DNA from: Alphaproteobacteria bacterium
Lineage (GTDB): Bacteria; Pseudomonadota; Alphaproteobacteria; CADEGL01
DNA: 64,000 nt
NCBI GenBank assembly: GCA_046349515.1
Contig: JAXMCE010000001.1
Location: forward strand, 138,186-202,185
Direction: 5' to 3'
Below are positions 18,338 through 30,039 of the stretch, one piece after another. Numbering within the stretch: position 1 is the first letter of the stretch; the number at the start of each line of letters is the position of its first letter. A program made the translations under genes and the position numbers. Below the pieces are notes generated by a model. The model was not told where the DNA came from, searched no databases, and was given only the letters and a program-made list of their open reading frames with translations.

Positions 18338-19567
18338 ATGCCCGTGACGATCGAGGCCATACGCGCCGCCGCGCGGACGATCGAAGGTGCGGCGATCCGC
18401 ACGCCCATCGTCCATTCGCGGACGCTGTCCGACATCACGGGCGCCGAGATCCATCTCAAGCTCGAGAACCTTCAATACACCGCCTCGTTCAAGGATCGCG
18501 GCGCCTTCGTCAAGCTCTCGAGCTTGAGCGCCGAAGAGCGACGCGCAGGCGTGCTCGCGGTCTCGGCCGGCAACCACGCGCAGGGCGTCGCCTACCACGC
18601 GCAGCGCCTCGGAATCCCGGCGACGATCGTGATGCCCAAGGGCACGCCGTTCATCAAGGTGATCCACACCCAGAATTTCGGCGCGGAGGTCATCCAGCAT
18701 GGCGACGACCTCGCCGGCGCCGCGGAGCACGCCGAGGCGATTCGGCGCGAGCGCAAGCTCACCCTCGTCCACCCCTATGACGACGACCGCATCATCGCGG
18801 GCCAGGGCACGGTCGCGCTCGAGATGCTCGCGGACCGGCCGGACCTCGACTGCCTGGTCGTGCCCATCGGCGGCGGCGGCCTCATCGCCGGCATGGCGAT
18901 CGCGGCCAAGGCCCTCAAGCCGTCGATCGAGATCCACGGCGTGCAGGCCGCACTCTACCCGTCCATGATCCAGGCGCTCCGCGGCGAGGCGCCCCGCGTC
19001 GGCGGCCAAACGATCGCTGAAGGCATCGCGGTGAAGCACCCGGGAGAGCGCACGCGTCCCGTGGTGGCGGCACTCGTCGACAGGCTCCACGCCGTCGAGG
19101 AGGCGGACATCGAGCGCGCGGTGCTGCTGCTACTCGAGATCGAAAAGACCATCGCCGAGGGCGCCGGCGCCGCGGCACTCGCGGCCGTCATCGAGAACCG
19201 CGCTCTCTTCGCCAAGCGCCGTGTCGGTCTCGTCGTCTCAGGCGGCAACATCGACACGCGCCTTCTCGCCTCGATCCTCATGCGCGGTCTCGTCCGGGAA
19301 GGACGGCTCGTGCGCCTCCGCCTCGAGATCAGCGACCGGCCGGGGGTGCTCGCCCGCGTCGCCGAGGCGATAGGCGCCGGCGGGGGCAACATCGTCGAGA
19401 TCTACCACCACCGCCTGTTCTACGACGTGCCGGTCAAGCAGGCCGAGCTCGACGTCGTGCTCGAGACCCGCGACCAGGCCCATGCCGAGGAAATCTGCCA
19501 ACGCCTCAAAAATGCTGGGTTTCCCGCCCGCCAGCTGGGCGGCACGGCCCGGGCGGAAGTGCCCTAA
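18338..19567 (+). CDS. ilvA: Threonine ammonia-lyase (threonine dehydratase), single-regulatory-domain form
   Basis: PLP-lysine motif SFKDRGA, the glycine loop GGGGL, and a C-terminal ACT-like domain. The ATG at 18338 has a GAGGAG RBS 6 nt upstream. In-frame ATGs also occur at 18317 and 18332. Confidence 0.85.
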   Translation: MPVTIEAIRAAARTIEGAAIRTPIVHSRTLSDITGAEIHLKLENLQYTASFKDRGAFVKLSSLSAEERRAGVLAVSAGNHAQGVAYHAQRLGIPATIVMPKGTPFIKVIHTQNFGAEVIQHGDDLAGAAEHAEAIRRERKLTLVHPYDDDRIIAGQGTVALEMLADRPDLDCLVVPIGGGGLIAGMAIAAKALKPSIEIHGVQAALYPSMIQALRGEAPRVGGQTIAEGIAVKHPGERTRPVVAALVDRLHAVEEADIERAVLLLLEIEKTIAEGAGAAALAAVIENRALFAKRRVGLVVSGGNIDTRLLASILMRGLVREGRLVRLRLEISDRPGVLARVAEAIGAGGGNIVEIYHHRLFYDVPVKQAELDVVLETRDQAHAEEICQRLKNAGFPARQLGGTARAEVP

Positions 19568-19650
19568 GCCTCTGACTAAACGGCTTTTTAACCTAAACCC
19601 GGCAGTCTCGCCCCAAGAAAGCCGTTCCCGGACGGGTGCGAGGCCAAGGC

Positions 19651-20517
19651 ATGTTCGTCATCGTTGGGCTGCTGATCGTCATAGGCTGCGTGTTGGGCGG
19701 CTATCTTGGCGCCGGCGGCAAATTCGGAATCCTGATCCAGCCGCTCGAGCTCGTCATCATCGGCGGCTCGGCCCTCGGTGCCTTCGTCGCCGGCAATCCC
19801 AAGGTCGTCGTGACGCGCGCCTTCAGCGCGTTCGGCGCGCTCCTCAAGGGCTCGCGCTACGGCAAGGAAAGCTATCTCGAGCTCATGAGCTTGCTCTTCG
19901 TGATCTTCAAGCTCCTCCGCACCAAGGGCCCGCTCGCGCTCGAGCCCCACATCGAGAAGCCGGAAGAGAGCTCCATCTTCCAACAGTTCCCGATCTTCCA
20001 TAAGGACCATCACGCGGTCGATTTTCTCTGCGACTACCTGCGCCTCCTCACGCTCGGCACCGATTCGCCGCACATCATGGAAGATCTGATGAACGAGGAG
20101 ATCGAGACGCATCACCTCGAACAGCAGCAAATCACCAAGGCGGTCCAGAACGTGGCCGACGGCTTGCCCGCGCTCGGCATCGTCGCCGCGGTGCTCGGCG
20201 TCATCAAGACGATGACCCACATCAGCGAGCCGCCGGAAGTGCTGGGCGGCCTCATCGCCATGGCGCTCGTCGGCACTTTCCTCGGCGTGTTCATGGCCTA
20301 CGGGTTCGTGGCACCGACGGCGAACGCGCTCAAGAGCACCTACGAGGCGGAGGGCCGCTACCTTGCCTGCATCAAGGCGGGGCTTCTCGCGCACATGCAC
20401 GGCTACGCGCCCGCTGTCGCCGTCGAGTTCGCGCGCAAGGCGCTCCTCTCGAACGTGCGGCCGAGCTTCCTCGAGGTCGAACAGACCTGCTCTGAACTCC
20501 CGCCGATCTCCGCCTGA
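19651..20517 (+). CDS. motA: Flagellar motor stator protein MotA
   Basis: Collinear with E. coli MotA: four TM helices, a conserved cytoplasmic loop (EIETH...), PALGIVAAV, YGF...P and AVEFARK segments. Confidence 0.85.
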   Translation: MFVIVGLLIVIGCVLGGYLGAGGKFGILIQPLELVIIGGSALGAFVAGNPKVVVTRAFSAFGALLKGSRYGKESYLELMSLLFVIFKLLRTKGPLALEPHIEKPEESSIFQQFPIFHKDHHAVDFLCDYLRLLTLGTDSPHIMEDLMNEEIETHHLEQQQITKAVQNVADGLPALGIVAAVLGVIKTMTHISEPPEVLGGLIAMALVGTFLGVFMAYGFVAPTANALKSTYEAEGRYLACIKAGLLAHMHGYAPAVAVEFARKALLSNVRPSFLEVEQTCSELPPISA

Positions 20518-20519
20518 CC

Positions 20520-21470
20520 ATGGCCGACAACCAGCAGCCCATCATCATCAAGAAGGGCGGCGGCGGTCATCACGACGACCACCACGGCGGCGCCTGGAAA
20601 GTCGCCTATGCCGACTTCGTCACGGCCATGATGGCGTTCTTCCTCCTTCTGTGGCTCCTCAACGTCACGACGGAAGAGCAGAAGAAAGGCATCGCCGACT
20701 ACTTCACGCCAGCCAGCGTCTCGCACAACAACAGTGGCGGCGGCGGCATCCTCGGCGGCCAGGCCATGGATACGAAGCAGGTCAAGGTCGGCGAGATGAG
20801 CGGCGTGCTGGTCAAGCTGCAGAGCGTGGAGCCGAAACCGGTCTCCGATTCCTCCGAAGGCGAGGAGCGTGAGGTCGGCAAGGAACAGACCGTTTCCGAC
20901 GCGGACATGAAGAAGCAGCTTGCCGAGCGCGAAGAGCAGCAGTTCGCCGCCGCCGAGCGCGACCTGAAGCAGGCCATCCAGTCGTCGCCGGAGCTGAAGA
21001 AGCTCGCTGAGAGCATGATCATCGACCGCACGCCCGAGGGCCTGCGCATCCAGGTCGTCGACCAGGACGGCCTCTCGATGTTCGCGGTCGGGTCGAGCGA
21101 CCTCTTGCCGCACACGCGCAACCTCATGACCCAGATCGGCCGCGTCGTCCAGAAGCTGCCGAACAAGATCGCGGTGTCCGGCCACACGGATGCGCGCCCC
21201 TACGCGAACGACAAGGGCTACAGCAACTGGGAACTCTCCGCCGACCGCGCGAATGCGAGCCGGCGCGCGCTGCTCGATTCGGGCCTGCCGGCCGCGCGCA
21301 TCTCGCGGGTCATGGGCAAGGCCGAAACCGAGCCGCTCGTGGGCAACGAGCCCCTCAACCCCCGCAACCGGCGGATCAGCATCATCCTCCTTCGCGAAAA
21401 CCACACGGACGTCCCGTCCGAGCCCGACGTCAAGGCCGACTTGGGCAAGCCGCACGCGGCGGCCAACTAG
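20520..21470 (+). CDS. motB: Flagellar motor stator protein MotB (OmpA-like C-terminus)
   Basis: N-terminal WKVAYADFVTAMMAFFLLLW plug/TM with the conserved Asp. C-terminal OmpA-like peptidoglycan-binding domain (VSGHTD...YSNWELSADRANASRRAL...NRRISI). It lies 2 nt downstream of motA. Confidence 0.85.
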   Translation: MADNQQPIIIKKGGGGHHDDHHGGAWKVAYADFVTAMMAFFLLLWLLNVTTEEQKKGIADYFTPASVSHNNSGGGGILGGQAMDTKQVKVGEMSGVLVKLQSVEPKPVSDSSEGEEREVGKEQTVSDADMKKQLAEREEQQFAAAERDLKQAIQSSPELKKLAESMIIDRTPEGLRIQVVDQDGLSMFAVGSSDLLPHTRNLMTQIGRVVQKLPNKIAVSGHTDARPYANDKGYSNWELSADRANASRRALLDSGLPAARISRVMGKAETEPLVGNEPLNPRNRRISIILLRENHTDVPSEPDVKADLGKPHAAAN

Positions 21471-21557
21471 GCCCTCTCCGGCCGAACCCGCCGAGACAGT
21501 GGTGCCGGGCGCAGGCCCGGCGTATTCTGGTCCTTTCGGATCGGGAGCGCCGCCGCG

Positions 21558-22280
21558 ATGACGCAGCAGTCAAGCCGACTGCCACGGTTCTTCTTCCGCA
21601 CCTCTCCCCAGCCCTGCCCCTATCTTCCGGGGCGGGTCGAGCGGAACATCTTCGCCGAACTCGGCAGCCCCGAGGGTGCGGCCGTCTACGGCGTGCTCGT
21701 GCGGCACGGATTCCGGCGCAGTCACCGCATCGTCTACCGACCGGACTGCCCGGGCTGCAATGCGTGCACGCCCGTTCGCGTCGTGGTCCCGGAATTTTCA
21801 GCCAGCGAATCGCAGCGCCGCGTCGTGAGACGGAACGCGGATCTCTTCGTTAGTGAGCGCCCGCCCGTGGCGACCGAGGAGCAATACCGCCTCTTCCGTC
21901 GCTATGTCGAAGCGCGGCACGGCGAAGGCGAGATGTCGACCATGGACTACGAGGATTTCCGCGGCATGATCGAGGATACGCCCGTGCCGAGCATGGTCGT
22001 CGAGTTCCGGGATCCCGCGGGCGCGCTCCAGGGCACGTGCCTCATCGACCGCCTCGAGGACGGCCTCTCGGCGGTCTACAGTTTTTTCGAGCCCACGCTC
22101 GGCTCGGCCAGCCTCGGCACGTTCATGGTGCTCTGGCTGATCGAGCGCGTCCGCCGCGAAGGACAGCGCTACGCCTATCTCGGCTATTGGATCGAATCGA
22201 GCCGCAAAATGTCCTACAAGGCGCGCTTCCAGCCCCTCGAGGCGCTGGGCACCGACGGCTGGGCCCGATTGGCCGTTTGA
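21558..22280 (+). CDS. bpt: Arginyl-tRNA-protein transferase family (bacterial Bpt; aspartate/glutamate leucyltransferase)
   Basis: ATE_N Cys cluster (CPYLPG...CPGCNAC) and the ATE_C region (YAYLGYWI). About 240 aa, typical for Bpt. Confidence 0.8.
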   Translation: MTQQSSRLPRFFFRTSPQPCPYLPGRVERNIFAELGSPEGAAVYGVLVRHGFRRSHRIVYRPDCPGCNACTPVRVVVPEFSASESQRRVVRRNADLFVSERPPVATEEQYRLFRRYVEARHGEGEMSTMDYEDFRGMIEDTPVPSMVVEFRDPAGALQGTCLIDRLEDGLSAVYSFFEPTLGSASLGTFMVLWLIERVRREGQRYAYLGYWIESSRKMSYKARFQPLEALGTDGWARLAV

Positions 22281-22417
22281 GACTCCTCGCGATTGCCCCG
22301 GCACGAGCCGGATTGTAAGGTCAGGCCGTTACGCGCGGGCCGGTGCCGCGCCGGTGCGAGCGCACATGGCGGCCGCGCGCCCAGGGCGGGGGAGCAGTTG
22401 ATTCGGGCGATCGAGCG

Positions 22418-23539
22418 ATGAACCGTCGCGACTTCCTGGGCGGCGCAAGCGCCGGTGTCGTGATCGGGACCGTGGCCGGTTACGGTCTCGCAACGAACAA
22501 CAAGAGAATCGTCATGCCCGCGGCCAAGCCCGCGGTGCGGGAGCTGCGCCTCATCACATCCTGGGCCAAGGAGACGCCGGGGGTTGGCCCCGCGAGCGAG
22601 CGCCTGGCCAAACGCATCACCGACGCGGCAGCGGGCCAGCTCGTGGTCAAGGTCCTCGCGCCCGGCGAGGTCGCGCCGGCGACCGGGTCCTTCGATGCCG
22701 TGTCGAGCGGCGCGGCCGAGATGTACTTCGGCCCGGAGTATTACTGGCAGGCCAAGTCGAAGGCGTACAACTTCTTCGCCTCCATCCCGCTCGGCCTGAC
22801 GGCGGTCGAGCTCGGCGCGTGGATTCGCTTCGGCGGCGGGCAGGCGCTCTGGGACGAATTGTCGGCGGGGTTCAACATCAAGCCGATCCTCGCGGGCAAC
22901 TCCGGCGCGCAAATGGGTGGCTGGTACACGAAGGAGATACACTCGGTCGAGGATCTCCGCGGCCTTCGGATCCGCATGCAGGGAATCGGTGGCGAGGTCA
23001 TGCGACGCCTTGGCGCCGTCGTCGCGGCACTGCCCGGCGGCGAGATTCTCGGCGCGCTCGAGTCCGGTTCGATCGACGCGGCGGAATGGATCGGCCCCTG
23101 GGGCGACCTCACCTTCGGCTTCTACAAGGTCGCGAAGAATTACTACTTCCCCGGATTCCACGAGCCGTGCACGGCGGTGACGCTCGGCATCAACAAGAAA
23201 CTGTGGGACGAGCTCACGCCCGAGCAGCGCAATGTCATCGAACTCTCGGCTACTGCCGAGAACGACACGCTTCACGCCGAATTCACCGCCAACAACGCGG
23301 ACGCGCTCGAGACTCTCGTCGGCCAGCACCAGGTGCAGCTGCGCCGATTCCCCGATTCCGTCCTGTCCGCGATCGTCAAGGTCTCCGAGGAGGTCCTGGC
23401 CGAGCTCGCGGCGGGCGACGACATCACGAAGCGGATCCATGAGAGCTACGCGGCCTTCCGCCGGAAAGCCGCCGCCTGGTCGCAAGTCTCCGACCGGGCC
23501 TATCTCGATTTCCGGGGCGGCACGCTCCCGTCCGGCTGA
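22418..23539 (+). CDS. TRAP transporter solute-binding protein (DctP/COG4663-type), paralog 1
   Basis: Tat-like signal MNRRDFLGGASAG. Conserved WRMxTSWxK...GGW(Y/F)xKE...AAEW(I/V)GPxxD...GFYKVAKxYY framework shared with the next gene. Confidence 0.8.
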   Translation: MNRRDFLGGASAGVVIGTVAGYGLATNNKRIVMPAAKPAVRELRLITSWAKETPGVGPASERLAKRITDAAAGQLVVKVLAPGEVAPATGSFDAVSSGAAEMYFGPEYYWQAKSKAYNFFASIPLGLTAVELGAWIRFGGGQALWDELSAGFNIKPILAGNSGAQMGGWYTKEIHSVEDLRGLRIRMQGIGGEVMRRLGAVVAALPGGEILGALESGSIDAAEWIGPWGDLTFGFYKVAKNYYFPGFHEPCTAVTLGINKKLWDELTPEQRNVIELSATAENDTLHAEFTANNADALETLVGQHQVQLRRFPDSVLSAIVKVSEEVLAELAAGDDITKRIHESYAAFRRKAAAWSQVSDRAYLDFRGGTLPSG

Positions 23540-23661
23540 GACCGGCCAAGGCCCCTACCCCTTCGCGCCATGCCGTCTCCATAGTGTAATATCCGCGCCT
23601 TGCGGGCCGGCCGCTGATCGGAACGATCGCGCGCGGCCGCTCGAATCGAAATGGAGGGGTC

Positions 23662-24762
<1,101 letters not shown>

Positions 24763-24785
24763 CGGCGGGCGAACCATCGTCCAGC

Positions 24786-24814
24786 GAAAAACCCCGCGAA
24801 CGCGGGGTTTTTTG
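24786..24814. terminator. Bidirectional rho-independent terminator between convergent TRAP SBP genes (+) and dctM (-)
   Basis: aaaaaCCCCGCGaacGCGGGGtttttt is a perfect 7-bp GC stem with a 3-nt loop, flanked by an A-run 5' and a T-run 3', so it is functional on both strands. Confidence 0.65.
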
Positions 24815-24841
24815 TTGGACCGAGGACGGGACGGCGCGGAC

Positions 24842-26359
24842 TCAACCGCCTCCGCCTTTCAAGGAACGCTCGATGGCCTTCGCGGGATCCTCCTCCTCGC
24901 CGTCGGACGGCGGCGTCACGTCGCCCTCGGGCGCGCCCAACTCCGGCGTCGGCACCTCGATGTTGATCTGCGAGGGCTCTGCGGCCGGGCGGCGCACGGC
25001 GTCGAGCACGAGGGAGGGGAAGGCAATGACGAGCACCACCATGACGAGCTGGATGCAGACGAAAGGCACCGAGCCCCAGTAGATCTGCCCCGTCGTGACT
25101 TTCGCGGTCAGCCGTCCCGTCACCTTGTCGATGAAGTCGGATTGGGGCGCCACGCTCCGCAGGTAGAACAGCGCGAAGCCGAACGGCGGGTGCATGAACG
25201 ATGTCTGCATGTTCACGCCCAAGAGCACGCCGAACCAGATGAGGTCGATGCCGAGCTTCTCCGCGACCGGACCCAGGAGCGGCACCACGATGAAGGACAG
25301 CTCGAAGAAATCGAGGAAGAAGGCCAGCACGAAGACCAGGATGTTGACGACGATGAGGAAGCCGACCGGCCCGCCGGGCAGCCCGATCAGCAGGCGCTCG
25401 ACCCACAGATCGCCGTTCACGCCGCGGAAGACGAGGCTGAACACGGTCGAGCCCACGAGGATGAACAGAACGAAGGAGGAGATCTTGGCCGTGGTGTCGA
25501 CGGCCTGGCGGAGAAGGGTCCAGCCGAGCTTGCGGCGGGCGACGGCGAGAATCAGCGCGCCGGTCGCCCCCATGGCGCCGCCCTCGGTCGGCGTCGCCAC
25601 GCCGAGGAAGATGGTCCCGAGCACGAGGAAAATGAGGAGAAGCGGCGGGATTAGCGAGAAGACGACGCGGCGCACGAGCGTGAAGCCGCGGAGGCTCCGC
25701 GCCTCGGGCGGCAAGGCCGGCGCCGCATCCGGGCGGAGGATCGTCGTCCCCAGCACGAAAAGGGCGTAGAGCCCGGTCAGCACGAGGCCGGGCGTGAAGG
25801 CGCCCTGGTACATGTCGCCGACCGAGCGGCCGAGCTGGTCCGCCATGACGATGAGGACGAGGCTCGGCGGGATGATCTGGGCGAGCGTGCCCGAAGCCGC
25901 GATGACGCCCGACGCCAGGCGCCGGTCGTAGCCGTAGCGCAGCATGATCGGCAACGAGATGAGCCCCATCGAGATCACGGAGGCCGCGACGACTCCCGTC
26001 GTCGCCGCGAGCAGCGCGCCCACGAAGATGACCGCATAGGCGAGACCGCCTCGAAGCGGGCCGAAGAGCTGGCCGACCGTGTCGAGGAGATCCTCGGCCA
26101 TGCCGCTTCGCTCGAGGATGAGGCCCATGAAGGTGAAGAACGGAATCGCGAGGAGCGTGTCGTTGCGCATGATGCCGAAGATGCGCTCCGGCAGGGCCTG
26201 GAGAAGCTCGGGCGTGAGAAGCCCGAGCTCGATGCCCAAGAGGCCGAAGGCGAGCCCGTTCGCGGCCAGCGCGAAGGCGACCGGATAGCCGCAGAGAAGG
26301 AAGACGACGAGGGCCGCGAACATGAGCGGTGCTATCTCGGCGATGATGAACGAGGTCAT
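24842..26359 (-). CDS. dctM: TRAP transporter large permease subunit DctM
   Basis: 505 aa, about 12 or more TM helices, with DctM-family conserved segments (GxxAxxGALxxxIPPS, PFGFALFYL). The start overlaps the dctQ stop (ATGA). Confidence 0.85.
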   Translation of the reverse strand: MTSFIIAEIAPLMFAALVVFLLCGYPVAFALAANGLAFGLLGIELGLLTPELLQALPERIFGIMRNDTLLAIPFFTFMGLILERSGMAEDLLDTVGQLFGPLRGGLAYAVIFVGALLAATTGVVAASVISMGLISLPIMLRYGYDRRLASGVIAASGTLAQIIPPSLVLIVMADQLGRSVGDMYQGAFTPGLVLTGLYALFVLGTTILRPDAAPALPPEARSLRGFTLVRRVVFSLIPPLLLIFLVLGTIFLGVATPTEGGAMGATGALILAVARRKLGWTLLRQAVDTTAKISSFVLFILVGSTVFSLVFRGVNGDLWVERLLIGLPGGPVGFLIVVNILVFVLAFFLDFFELSFIVVPLLGPVAEKLGIDLIWFGVLLGVNMQTSFMHPPFGFALFYLRSVAPQSDFIDKVTGRLTAKVTTGQIYWGSVPFVCIQLVMVVLVIAFPSLVLDAVRRPAAEPSQINIEVPTPELGAPEGDVTPPSDGEEEDPAKAIERSLKGGGG

Positions 26360-26919
26360 GGCCCGTCCGTCGCGGATTCGGCGTGGAGACTCGGCGGCTT
26401 CGCGGCCGGGTCTTCGATGAGGCCCATGAGGAACGCCACGCGCTTGACGATCTCGGAGACGCCCTGGAGGGCGAGAAGCGAGAACCCGACGGGAATCAGC
26501 AGCTTCACCGGCCAGCGGAGAAGGCCCCCCGCGTCGCCCGAAATCTCATGGCGCGTGAAGGATTCGACGAAAACCGGCCAGGACAGGCGGATGACGATGA
26601 TCGAAATCGGCAGGAGGAAGAACAGTCCGCCCAGGATGTCGATCCAAGTCTGCACGCGGCGCGAGAAGCGGCCGCTCACGATGTCGATCCGCACATGCTG
26701 GTTGCGCAGGAGCGTGTAGCCGGCGCAGAGGAGGAACACGGCCGCGAAGAGATACCACTGCACTTCGAGCCAGGCGTTCGAGCTGGTGTTGAGCGCGTAG
26801 CGGACGGTGGCATTCCCGGCGCTGACCAGCACGGCGATGAGGATGAGCCATGCGACGATCCGGCCGACGCCGGCGTTCAGCCGGTCGATGAGGCCGCTCA
26901 AGGCGAGGAGCGCTTTCAC
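26356..26919 (-). CDS. dctQ: TRAP transporter small permease subunit DctQ
   Basis: 187 aa, 4 TM helices, located immediately upstream of dctM and translationally coupled to it. Confidence 0.8.
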   Translation of the reverse strand: MKALLALSGLIDRLNAGVGRIVAWLILIAVLVSAGNATVRYALNTSSNAWLEVQWYLFAAVFLLCAGYTLLRNQHVRIDIVSGRFSRRVQTWIDILGGLFFLLPISIIVIRLSWPVFVESFTRHEISGDAGGLLRWPVKLLIPVGFSLLALQGVSEIVKRVAFLMGLIEDPAAKPPSLHAESATDGP

Positions 26920-26997
26920 GCCGCTCCCTCCGCGATCCCGCCAGCGCGCGAGGGGCGCATGCGGATCGACACGGTGACCATCACATGCGGCGATGCG

Positions 26998-27573
26998 TCA
27001 GGGGCGAAGGCGCCGGACCAGTTTCCAGGCGAGCGGCATGGCGCAAGCGGCGAGCGCGATCTTCAAGGCATCGCCGAGCAGGAACGGCAAGAGCCCCTTC
27101 ACGACGGCGGCGCCGAGCGCTGTCTCGGCACCCGTCGCCGCCACATGGGCCGCACCGGGTCCGGCAAAGAAGTTTGTGAGCCAGGAGAGACCGCAGGCGT
27201 AAATCACCAGATTGCCCGCGACCATCGCGCCGATGGTCGAAAGGACCGTGCGGCTCCAGCCGCGCTCGGCGAGCCAGCCGACGGCGGCCGCGGCGAAGAT
27301 GAAGCCGACGAGATAGCCACCCGTCGGACCGATGATGGCCGCGGGACCTGAGGCCCATTTCGCGAACACGGGAAGGCCGACGGCCCCTTCGCCGAGATAG
27401 AGCGCCAAGGTGGCGGCACCGAGGCGCGAGCCGTAGGCCATGCCGACGATGAGCACGGCGAAGGTTTGGCCCGTGATCGGCACCGGCCAGAGCGGCACCT
27501 GGATCTGGGCCGACGCCGCGACGAAGACGCTGCCGAGAACGGCAAGCAAGACATTGCGGAGCACCGCCGGCAT
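26998..27573 (-). CDS. bioY: BioY-family biotin transporter (ECF S-component-like)
   Basis: VPITGQTFAVLIVGMAYG...GPTGGYLVGF are conserved BioY motifs. Start is set at MPAVLRNVLL. The track ORF starts 18 codons upstream (27627). Confidence 0.75.
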   Translation of the reverse strand: MPAVLRNVLLAVLGSVFVAASAQIQVPLWPVPITGQTFAVLIVGMAYGSRLGAATLALYLGEGAVGLPVFAKWASGPAAIIGPTGGYLVGFIFAAAAVGWLAERGWSRTVLSTIGAMVAGNLVIYACGLSWLTNFFAGPGAAHVAATGAETALGAAVVKGLLPFLLGDALKIALAACAMPLAWKLVRRLRP

Positions 27574-27684
27574 GTCCCGTGCCGGCGCAAGAGCGCCGAT
27601 GAGCGTCGCGTGAGACGGTGCGCGCATGGAAGTCTCCCTGGTTCGATACCTTCCCCTGCCCGCCCTTATAGCGTGGGGCCTGCC

Positions 27685-29907
27685 TCAGGCAAACCGATTC
27701 GAGCGGGGGAAGCCCGTGGGCGGCAGGCGGCCGGCCTGGGCGCGCTTGCCGATCCAGTCGCCGAGCTCGGTGAAGGAGCGGCTCCGCTCGCCCGCCTGGC
27801 AGGTGAGGCCGGCCGACAGCGTGAACACGATCGCATCGGCCAAGCCGCCGCTCGCGTATTTCTGCAGGATCACGCCGCGCCCGCGCGCCATCTCGGGCAC
27901 CTCTTCGAGGGGGAAGATGAGGAGCTTGCGGTTCTCGCCGATGACCGCGACCGAATCGCCCTCGGCCGGTACCGCCACGATCGCGCGCCCCTCATCGCGC
28001 AGGTTCATCACCTGGCGACCCGCGCGCGTCTGGGCGATCACCTCGTCGCCCGCGGCGAGGAAGCCGCGCCCGTCGCTCGAGGCCAGGAGATACTTGGCGC
28101 CCGGCCGGTGCACGTGGATCGCGCTCACCTCGTGCTCGTTCTCGAGATCGACCATGAGCCGGATGGGCTCGCCCATGCCGCGCCCGCCGGGAAGCCGGTC
28201 GGCGCCGATCGTGTAGATGCGGCCGTTCGTCGCGAAGACGAGGAGCTTGTCCGTCGTCTGGGCGTGGAGCACGAACTTGCCCTGGTCGCCTTCCTTGTAG
28301 CGAAGCTCGGATGCATCCGCGAGGTGCCCCTTCTGCGCACGGATCCAGCCCTTCTCCGAGCACACGACGGTGATCGGCTCGCGCTCGATCATGACTTCAA
28401 TCGGCACGATCTCGGCCGTCGGCGCCTCGGCGAAGCCCGTGCGCCGCTTGCCGAGCTCGGTCTTGGGGCCGAAACGTTCGCGGATCTCCTTGATCTGCTC
28501 GGCGATGACGCTCCACCGCCGTCCCTCGTCTTTCAAGAGCCGCGCGAGGTCTCGCTTCTCGGCCGTGAGCGCTTCATGCTCGCGCTTGATCTCGATCTCC
28601 TCGAGTTTGCGGAGAGCGCGGAGACGCATGTTGAGGATGGCTTCGGCCTGGATTTCGGTGAGCTTCCACCGCTTCATCATCTTGGTCTTGGGATCGTCCT
28701 CGGTGCGGATGATCTTGATGACCGCGTCGATGTTGAGATAGGCGATGAGATAGCCGCCCAAGACCTCGAGCCGGTGGTCGATCTCCTTCAGGCGATGGCG
28801 CGTGCGGCGCAGCAGCACCTCGTGGCGGTGGTCGAGGAAGGCCTTGAGCGCCTCGCGCAAGTTCATCACGCGCGGCGTGTTGTCGCTGTCGAGCACGTTC
28901 AAGTTGAGCGGCACGCGCACTTCGAGGTCGGTCTGGCGGAAGAGAGTCTCCATCAAAGTCTCGGGCGCGATCGCGCGGCTGCGCGGCTCGAGCACGATGC
29001 GGAGATCCGCGGCCGACTCGTCGCGGATGTCGGCCAGGGCCGCGAGCTTCTTCTCCGCGAGCAACTCCGCGATCCGTTCGATGAGCCGCGACTTCGGCAC
29101 CTGGTAGGGAATCTCGGTCACGATGACGCGATAGGTCCCGCCCTTCTGGCGATCGACCTCGTAGCGCGCGCGCACCCGGAATCCACCCCGGCCCGTGTTG
29201 TAGGCCTCGCGGATCGCGTCACGCGGCTCGACGATGATGCCGCCGGTCGGAAAATCCGGCCCCGGCACCATCTCGACGAGCTTCGCCACCGTCGCGTTGG
29301 GGAACTTGATGAGGTGGAGCAGCGCATCGCACAGCTCGGCCGCGTTGTGCGGCGGGATGCTCGTCGCCATGCCGACGGCGATGCCCGTCGCCCCATTGGC
29401 GAGGAGATTGGGGAAATTGGCCGGCAGCACCACCGGCTCCTCGCCCTCGCCGTCATAGGTCGTGCGGAGGTCGACCGTGTCCTCGTCGAGCCCGTCGAGG
29501 AGCGCCTGGGCCACGGCCGTCAGGCGCGCCTCGGTGTAGCGCATGGCGGCGGCGTTATCGCCGTCGATGTTGCCGAAATTGCCGTGCCCCTCGACGAGGG
29601 GATAGCGCTGCGCGAAATCCTGGGCGAGGCGGACGAGCGCGTCATAGACCGCGACGTCGCCGTGGGGGTGATACTTGCCGATGACCTCGCCCACGACGCG
29701 CGCGCACTTCTTGAAGCCGGCCTCGGGGTCGAGGCGCATCAGGCGCATGGCGTAGAGAAGCCGCCGGTGGACGGGCTTCAAGCCATCGCGCACATCGGGG
29801 AGCGAGCGCGCCATGATGGTCGAGAGCGCATAGGACAGGTACCGCTCGCCCAAAGCCTGAGCGAGCGGCGTCGGGCGGATCTCACCGGCGGTCGCCGCTT
29901 TGGCCAT
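27685..29907 (-). CDS. parC: DNA topoisomerase IV subunit A
   Basis: GyrA/ParC N-terminal domain with the active-site region (YAMRLM...HPHGD...[10 protein letters not shown]). About 740 aa without a GyrA-box, consistent with ParC. Start is at ATG 29907 (MAKAATAGE...). Confidence 0.85.
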   Translation of the reverse strand: MAKAATAGEIRPTPLAQALGERYLSYALSTIMARSLPDVRDGLKPVHRRLLYAMRLMRLDPEAGFKKCARVVGEVIGKYHPHGDVAVYDALVRLAQDFAQRYPLVEGHGNFGNIDGDNAAAMRYTEARLTAVAQALLDGLDEDTVDLRTTYDGEGEEPVVLPANFPNLLANGATGIAVGMATSIPPHNAAELCDALLHLIKFPNATVAKLVEMVPGPDFPTGGIIVEPRDAIREAYNTGRGGFRVRARYEVDRQKGGTYRVIVTEIPYQVPKSRLIERIAELLAEKKLAALADIRDESAADLRIVLEPRSRAIAPETLMETLFRQTDLEVRVPLNLNVLDSDNTPRVMNLREALKAFLDHRHEVLLRRTRHRLKEIDHRLEVLGGYLIAYLNIDAVIKIIRTEDDPKTKMMKRWKLTEIQAEAILNMRLRALRKLEEIEIKREHEALTAEKRDLARLLKDEGRRWSVIAEQIKEIRERFGPKTELGKRRTGFAEAPTAEIVPIEVMIEREPITVVCSEKGWIRAQKGHLADASELRYKEGDQGKFVLHAQTTDKLLVFATNGRIYTIGADRLPGGRGMGEPIRLMVDLENEHEVSAIHVHRPGAKYLLASSDGRGFLAAGDEVIAQTRAGRQVMNLRDEGRAIVAVPAEGDSVAVIGENRKLLIFPLEEVPEMARGRGVILQKYASGGLADAIVFTLSAGLTCQAGERSRSFTELGDWIGKRAQAGRLPPTGFPRSNRFA

Positions 29908-30039
29908 GGCGCACCTTATGCCCAAGCCCTTGGGGGCTGGCAAGGAAAACAGTCAAAATGTTGCGTCTGATGCGGTTCCGATGGCGAACGCGAGAGGCGG
30001 GAGTCGGCGCGGGTAATTGCAGCCGGGCCGCGGCAAAAC

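Noticed and set aside
15883-18459. 858-aa minus-strand ORF
   Set aside because: It is antisense to the penicillin-acylase-family gene and has no recognisable domains.
27466-29970. 834-aa plus-strand ORF
   Set aside because: It is exactly antisense to parC. Its translation is Arg/Ala/Gly-rich low complexity with no recognisable domain, while the sense strand encodes a canonical ParC. It is an artefact of high GC3 content.
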